A stretch of DNA of 64,000 nucleotides from an uncultured bacterium (GTDB taxonomy: Bacteria; Krumholzibacteriota; Krumholzibacteriia; Krumholzibacteriales; Krumholzibacteriaceae): NCBI GenBank assembly GCA_965371515.1, contig CBDUYR010000004.1:20235-84234 (forward strand), in the 5' to 3' direction. Made by a program: the position numbers and the translations under genes. The notes beneath the pieces are model-generated. The model saw only the letters and a program-made list of their open reading frames with translations. It made no database searches and was not told the DNA's origin. The first letter of the stretch is position 1. Each line of letters opens with the position of its first letter. This document shows positions 59,758-64,000 of this stretch, in pieces.

Positions 59758-60675
59758 CTATTGCGGTTTCTGAGGGAGAAGGATCTGCTCCAGTTCGAGA
59801 GTTATTCCACTCCTCTCCCGCACCTTCTCCCTGACGAGACCTATCAGATCCACGATGTCGGCGGAGGTCGCATCGCCGATGTTGACGATAAAATTGGCGT
59901 GAATCCCGCTTATTGCAGCGCCACCGACACGCATTCCCTTACATCCCGATTCCTCTATCAGGCGTCCGGCGAAATCCCCCTCGGGCCTTTTGAACACAGA
60001 GCCTGCGCTGGGAAGATCATGCGGGAACCTGGAGTTTCTCTCTCTCAGGATACATTCCACCTCTTCTATTATCTCATCACGTACGCCCGGCGGGAGGCGG
60101 AAGGAGGCACCGAGTATCACCGCGTCCATCCCGGCAAGATCGCTGCTCCTGTATCCGAACCGGAGCCTGCCGGCCGGAATCGTCTCCCTGCTGCCCGCCC
60201 GGCCGATCACGGTCACCGACTCGAGGTGATCGCTGATATTTCCATCGTTCGTCCCGGCATTCATCACCAGCGCACCGCCTGCCGTCCCCGGGATCCCCGC
60301 CAGTGCTGTCAGGCCTCCGAGCCCCCGATCGGCAGCACTTCTGATCAGGTCGTCGAGCATCATCCCCGATTCGACGGCGACCGCCCCTCCATCCGATACT
60401 ACGAGCGAAGGCTCCCTGACGGGGGCGACGGTGACAATACCTTCGATCCCCCCATCCGGCGCGATCACGTTCGACCCGGCGCCGAGGATCGTCAGAGGAA
60501 TGCCTTCCCCTGTTGCAAAAAGGCAGACCCGCTCGAGGTCGCCACTGTCACGGGGAACAACAAGGGCTTCCGCCGGGCCGCCCACCCTGTAAGTGGTGTA
60601 TTCTCTCAGGGAACAATCGGGGATGACCCGGCCGGAAATCGAAGCCGTGAGTCTTTCCAGCAATCTTTTATCCAT
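59758..60675 (-). CDS. murB: UDP-N-acetylmuramate dehydrogenase
   Basis: TTYRVGGPA, GAGSN, GIPGTAGG..MNAG, FGYRSS, SAGSVFKRP, HANF, LELE. Confidence 0.97.
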   Translation of the reverse strand: MDKRLLERLTASISGRVIPDCSLREYTTYRVGGPAEALVVPRDSGDLERVCLFATGEGIPLTILGAGSNVIAPDGGIEGIVTVAPVREPSLVVSDGGAVAVESGMMLDDLIRSAADRGLGGLTALAGIPGTAGGALVMNAGTNDGNISDHLESVTVIGRAGSRETIPAGRLRFGYRSSDLAGMDAVILGASFRLPPGVRDEIIEEVECILRERNSRFPHDLPSAGSVFKRPEGDFAGRLIEESGCKGMRVGGAAISGIHANFIVNIGDATSADIVDLIGLVREKVRERSGITLELEQILLPQKPQ

Positions 60676-60799
60676 TTCGGGAACGATACGTCGTTAACGT
60701 CCTGAAGACACGAGTTCATGGCAAACCGACAGGAAATGCTATCTAAAAACACACCAGGTTGCTATAGTTTTTTAGCTTTCAGGCCGGGAGTCAAGAAGT

Positions 60800-62863
60800 A
60801 TGCCGCTGAATATGATCGTAAACATTCTCATCCTGCTCAGTTCTGTATCGCTGTTTGCGGACCTGCCGCTGCCCATCGCCCGTCTGTGCGTAGCACTCCA
60901 CGCGTTTGTCCTTCCCGGGTACGCGGTGATCCGCCTGCTAGGAGACAGGAACAGATCCTGGAGCGACAGCTTTTTCTATTCGATACTCTTCTCTCCGGCC
61001 CTGTTCGCCCTGACGACATTCGGCTCCTGGTATATCGCGGGTGGCTCAGGCAACATCGGCAGCGCAGCAAGGCTCTCGGCCGGCGTATGGTACGCCGTCT
61101 TCGCGCTGAGCCTGCTCGTGTCGGGACCGAAGAGCACGGGGAAAAAGCCGGCTGTACTGTACAGCATCGTTACGGCAAGCCTCGCCTACTGCGCCCTGCT
61201 GCTGATCGCCTACTCGAGAAACGGTTTCCTGCTTTCGCGTTCGGACGCGTGGTATCACGCCTCCGTCACCGGCGAAATCCTCGCCAGGGGCATCCCCCCC
61301 GGCGAACCGTGGCTTGCAGACCTGCCGATCAGATACATGTGGATCTACCACATGTTCAACGCCTCCTGGAAAAGCATCTCGGGGTCTCCCGTATTCAACG
61401 CGCTTGCCTCAATAAACATCGTCAGCGCACTGGCCCTCCCCTATGTCGTCGGAAGGTACGTAGGAACACTCACATCGAACAGGCGCTACGCCCTCCTCGC
61501 GACCCTGATGACGATCGCCGGATTCGAATCGGCGTCGTGGATCCTCTGGCCTATAGGCCTCGGAAAAGCATTCTTCGGCGACGTGAAGGGCATGGCCGAG
61601 ATAACGCGGATGGTGAGGGAGGCCGCGGTCCAGATCGGGACGGTAGAGGTGATCTATTTTTTCCGTCCGGTATGGACCTGGATGGTCAACCTCAGCGACA
61701 AGTTCCTTACCATCACGGCGTTCGGATATTCCCTCTGCCTCTTCACCGCGTGTCTCAACATCTTCCGCTCGCGCAGGTACAGGGAACTGGCCCCGCTGAG
61801 ATCGGCGACCCTTGGATTCATCGCAATGCTCGCCACGGTCCTCTTCCACATGGTGACGGGGATGGCCCTGATTTTCACGGTCATCGGCTCGAGCGTTCTC
61901 GTATACATCTGGTCGAGGTTCGCCGGCACACGGATCCGGTTCTCTTCCTGCGACATATCCTTTCCGGTCGCCGGCGCGCTGGCAGCCACCATCGGTCTTT
62001 TATACTACTTCTCCCTGGGATCTGCCGAATCAGGCGGGGGCACCGGAGCAACGCAGTATCTGAGCTTCGGATTCAAGAACGCCGCGACAATCGTTACTCC
62101 TCTCGTCGTGCTCCTCTGCCCGACTATCCACGTGATCAGGAAGCTCGTGGGGGCGGAGGACAGAAACGCGGCGGAGTTGGCCTCATGGGTACTCTGCCTG
62201 CTCATGCTCTGCCTCTTCGTCGACCTGCCGTCCGTCAACGAGTCGAAACTTATCTTTCCTTTCTTTCTCGTCCTAGGGCCTCTCGTTTCCGTCGAGGCGC
62301 TGAGACTCACCGGCGAATCTCGCCGACTGAAGAAGCTCTTACTTGCGGGATGTTTGATCATCCTGTTCTTCGTTCCTCCCGTTATGACGTACAGAGGATT
62401 CGTCGGATCGCGCCCGCACGATCCTGTCGAGGTCCGTCAACATTCGCTCTCCGCCACAGACAGGGAAGTCTTTGACTGGATTGTGGCGAACACCAGCATG
62501 GACGCCGTCGTCGCGGAGAGAAATATCTTTCACCTCGCTCCGGTCCTCTCGGCAAGAAGGAACCTCTTCTCGACGGGCGGCGTGCTCTCGGTCCTCGGCT
62601 ACGGTGGAGCAAGGCACGCAGAATTCGGCGCGATCAAGGAAACGTTGTACGGCGAGAAGGAACCGTCGGCAGTCGATCTGGAAATGGCGGGGACACTCGG
62701 CCTGGATCTGTATATCACCGTCTGGGAGACGGACGTTGAGGAATGCCCATGGATCGAGGGAAGATTCACCGGGAATACCCGTTTTTTCTCCGAGGTCTTC
62801 AGTAACGATAAAGTGAAACTCTTCAGATTCAAACACGATCATCAGGAAGGGATGAGGGAATGA
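60800..62863 (+). CDS. Multi-TM protein, GT-C glycosyltransferase-like
   Basis: SDAWYH and PP..PW....Y.W.YH loop motif, many TMs, soluble C-terminus (WIVANT...VV). Confidence 0.55.
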   Translation: MPLNMIVNILILLSSVSLFADLPLPIARLCVALHAFVLPGYAVIRLLGDRNRSWSDSFFYSILFSPALFALTTFGSWYIAGGSGNIGSAARLSAGVWYAVFALSLLVSGPKSTGKKPAVLYSIVTASLAYCALLLIAYSRNGFLLSRSDAWYHASVTGEILARGIPPGEPWLADLPIRYMWIYHMFNASWKSISGSPVFNALASINIVSALALPYVVGRYVGTLTSNRRYALLATLMTIAGFESASWILWPIGLGKAFFGDVKGMAEITRMVREAAVQIGTVEVIYFFRPVWTWMVNLSDKFLTITAFGYSLCLFTACLNIFRSRRYRELAPLRSATLGFIAMLATVLFHMVTGMALIFTVIGSSVLVYIWSRFAGTRIRFSSCDISFPVAGALAATIGLLYYFSLGSAESGGGTGATQYLSFGFKNAATIVTPLVVLLCPTIHVIRKLVGAEDRNAAELASWVLCLLMLCLFVDLPSVNESKLIFPFFLVLGPLVSVEALRLTGESRRLKKLLLAGCLIILFFVPPVMTYRGFVGSRPHDPVEVRQHSLSATDREVFDWIVANTSMDAVVAERNIFHLAPVLSARRNLFSTGGVLSVLGYGGARHAEFGAIKETLYGEKEPSAVDLEMAGTLGLDLYITVWETDVEECPWIEGRFTGNTRFFSEVFSNDKVKLFRFKHDHQEGMRE

Positions 62864-64000
62864 TAAAGGAAAAGGTCGCTCAGGCAGCCAGTATTCTCGA
62901 CGAGGAAGAAATAGATCTCTGGCTGACTTTCGTCAGGGAGAGCGAAGTAAATCCCGATCCGGTGCTCGACCTGATCGTCGGCGCGAACTGTACATGGCAG
63001 TCGGCCTTCATGCTGACCCGCGGCAGGAACGCGGTCGCACTGGTGGGCAGCCTCGACGAGTCGAGAATCCGCGAGACAGGGGTGTACGAGGTAATCGGCT
63101 ACAAGGAAGGCATCGGACAGGCGTTGCTCGAACAGCTGAAACGCTTCGACCCTTCGACGATCGCTATCAACTTCTCGGAAAACGACGTCATGTCCGACGG
63201 CCTGTCGCACGGCATGTACCTCACTCTGATGAAGTACCTAAAGCCTACTACCTGGGCGGAGGGCATCGTCTCGTCCGAGAAAATCGTGGCGAAGCTCAGG
63301 GGCCGCAAGAGCCCCGAGGAAATAAGGCGGATAAAGAAGAACATCGATCTGACTGAGGAGATATTCGAACGTGTCACCGGTTTCGTAAAACCGGGGATGA
63401 CGGAGAAGGAGCTCGCCGCCTTCGTGCTCGATCTGGTCGATGAAAGGGGCGTGGAGACCTCGTGGGAACGGGATATGTGCCCTTCGGTATTCACAGGGCC
63501 CGATTCGGCTGGAGCCCACGCCGGGCCGACCGACAGGAAGATCGATAAGGGACACGTCCTCAACATCGACTTTGGCACGAGGACCGAGGAATACTGCTCC
63601 GACATGCAGAGAACGTGGTACTTCCTCAGGGACGGCGAAACGGAGGCGCCTGCAGAGGTGGCGACCGCGTTCGAGACGATCAGAGACTCTATCGCCCTTG
63701 CCGCAGAGAAGATAAGACCGGGAATGGAGGGGCGCGAGGTCGACGCCATAACGCGCGACTTCATCACCGGAAAGGGTTACGAGGAGTTTCCGCACGCGAC
63801 GGGCCATCAGGTCGGGCGAAAGACCCATGACGGAGCCGGCCTCCTCTGCCCCGAGTGGGAACGGTACGGGAAGCTCCCCTACCTCGAAGTCGAGGAGGGC
63901 CAGGTATACACCGTCGAACCGAGAATCACGATACCCGGATACGGCGTTGCGACTATTGAGGAGATAATCGTAGTCAGAAAGGACGGCGGGGAATTCCTGT
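62860..64000 (+). CDS. Xaa-Pro peptidase, M24 family (3'-truncated by the window; absent from the ORF track)
   Basis: ATG 62860 overlapping the upstream TGA; MIKEKVAQA...KSPEEI...IDFG....YCSDMQRT...HATGH..G...HD...TVEP...IEE. Confidence 0.9.
   Translation, partial: MIKEKVAQAASILDEEEIDLWLTFVRESEVNPDPVLDLIVGANCTWQSAFMLTRGRNAVALVGSLDESRIRETGVYEVIGYKEGIGQALLEQLKRFDPSTIAINFSENDVMSDGLSHGMYLTLMKYLKPTTWAEGIVSSEKIVAKLRGRKSPEEIRRIKKNIDLTEEIFERVTGFVKPGMTEKELAAFVLDLVDERGVETSWERDMCPSVFTGPDSAGAHAGPTDRKIDKGHVLNIDFGTRTEEYCSDMQRTWYFLRDGETEAPAEVATAFETIRDSIALAAEKIRPGMEGREVDAITRDFITGKGYEEFPHATGHQVGRKTHDGAGLLCPEWERYGKLPYLEVEEGQVYTVEPRITIPGYGVATIEEIIVVRKDGGEFL

Noticed and set aside
60718..62475. 585-aa alternative-frame ORF overlapping the membrane protein
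   Set aside because: Arg/Pro-rich with no motifs; typical shadow ORF of GC-rich coding DNA

Overview
GC-rich core-chromosome window from a diderm, probably anaerobic bacterium. The gene mix (mglBA behind recR, spoVG, a large Alu-type SRP RNA, a POR complex, FCB-like outer-membrane proteins) suggests an FCB-adjacent lineage such as Krumholzibacteriota/Latescibacterota; this is inference only. Most genes run on the minus strand: envelope and glycan genes (manC, manB, O-antigen ligase, a WecA fusion, GT4s, gmhA, an SLBB export protein, Wzx, two GT-C-like membrane proteins, murB), rpsF-rpsR-rplI with a likely S6:S18 leader, ispE-spoVG-tRNA-Gln-prs-rplY-pth, pgpA-cinA-thpR-recA-recX-alaS, SRP RNA-dnaX-ybaB-recR-mglB-mglA, seven tRNAs (including all four Ser isoacceptors), tadA, rrf2-iscS and an OPT transporter. 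A roughly 7 kb block inside the tRNA/tadA cluster carries an HNH endonuclease, an octaheme cytochrome c lipoprotein and a porG-D-A-B operon whose delta subunit contains an inserted GltD/NfnB-like flavoprotein. The most interesting leads are that PorD::GltD fusion, a separately promoted polyprenyl-phosphate phosphoribosyltransferase plus DUF362 pair near GT-C-like proteins, two apparent pseudoenzymes, and a manB that appears to need a non-canonical start codon. No CRISPR array, IS element, integrase or rRNA was seen. All calls are by eye, without database searches.
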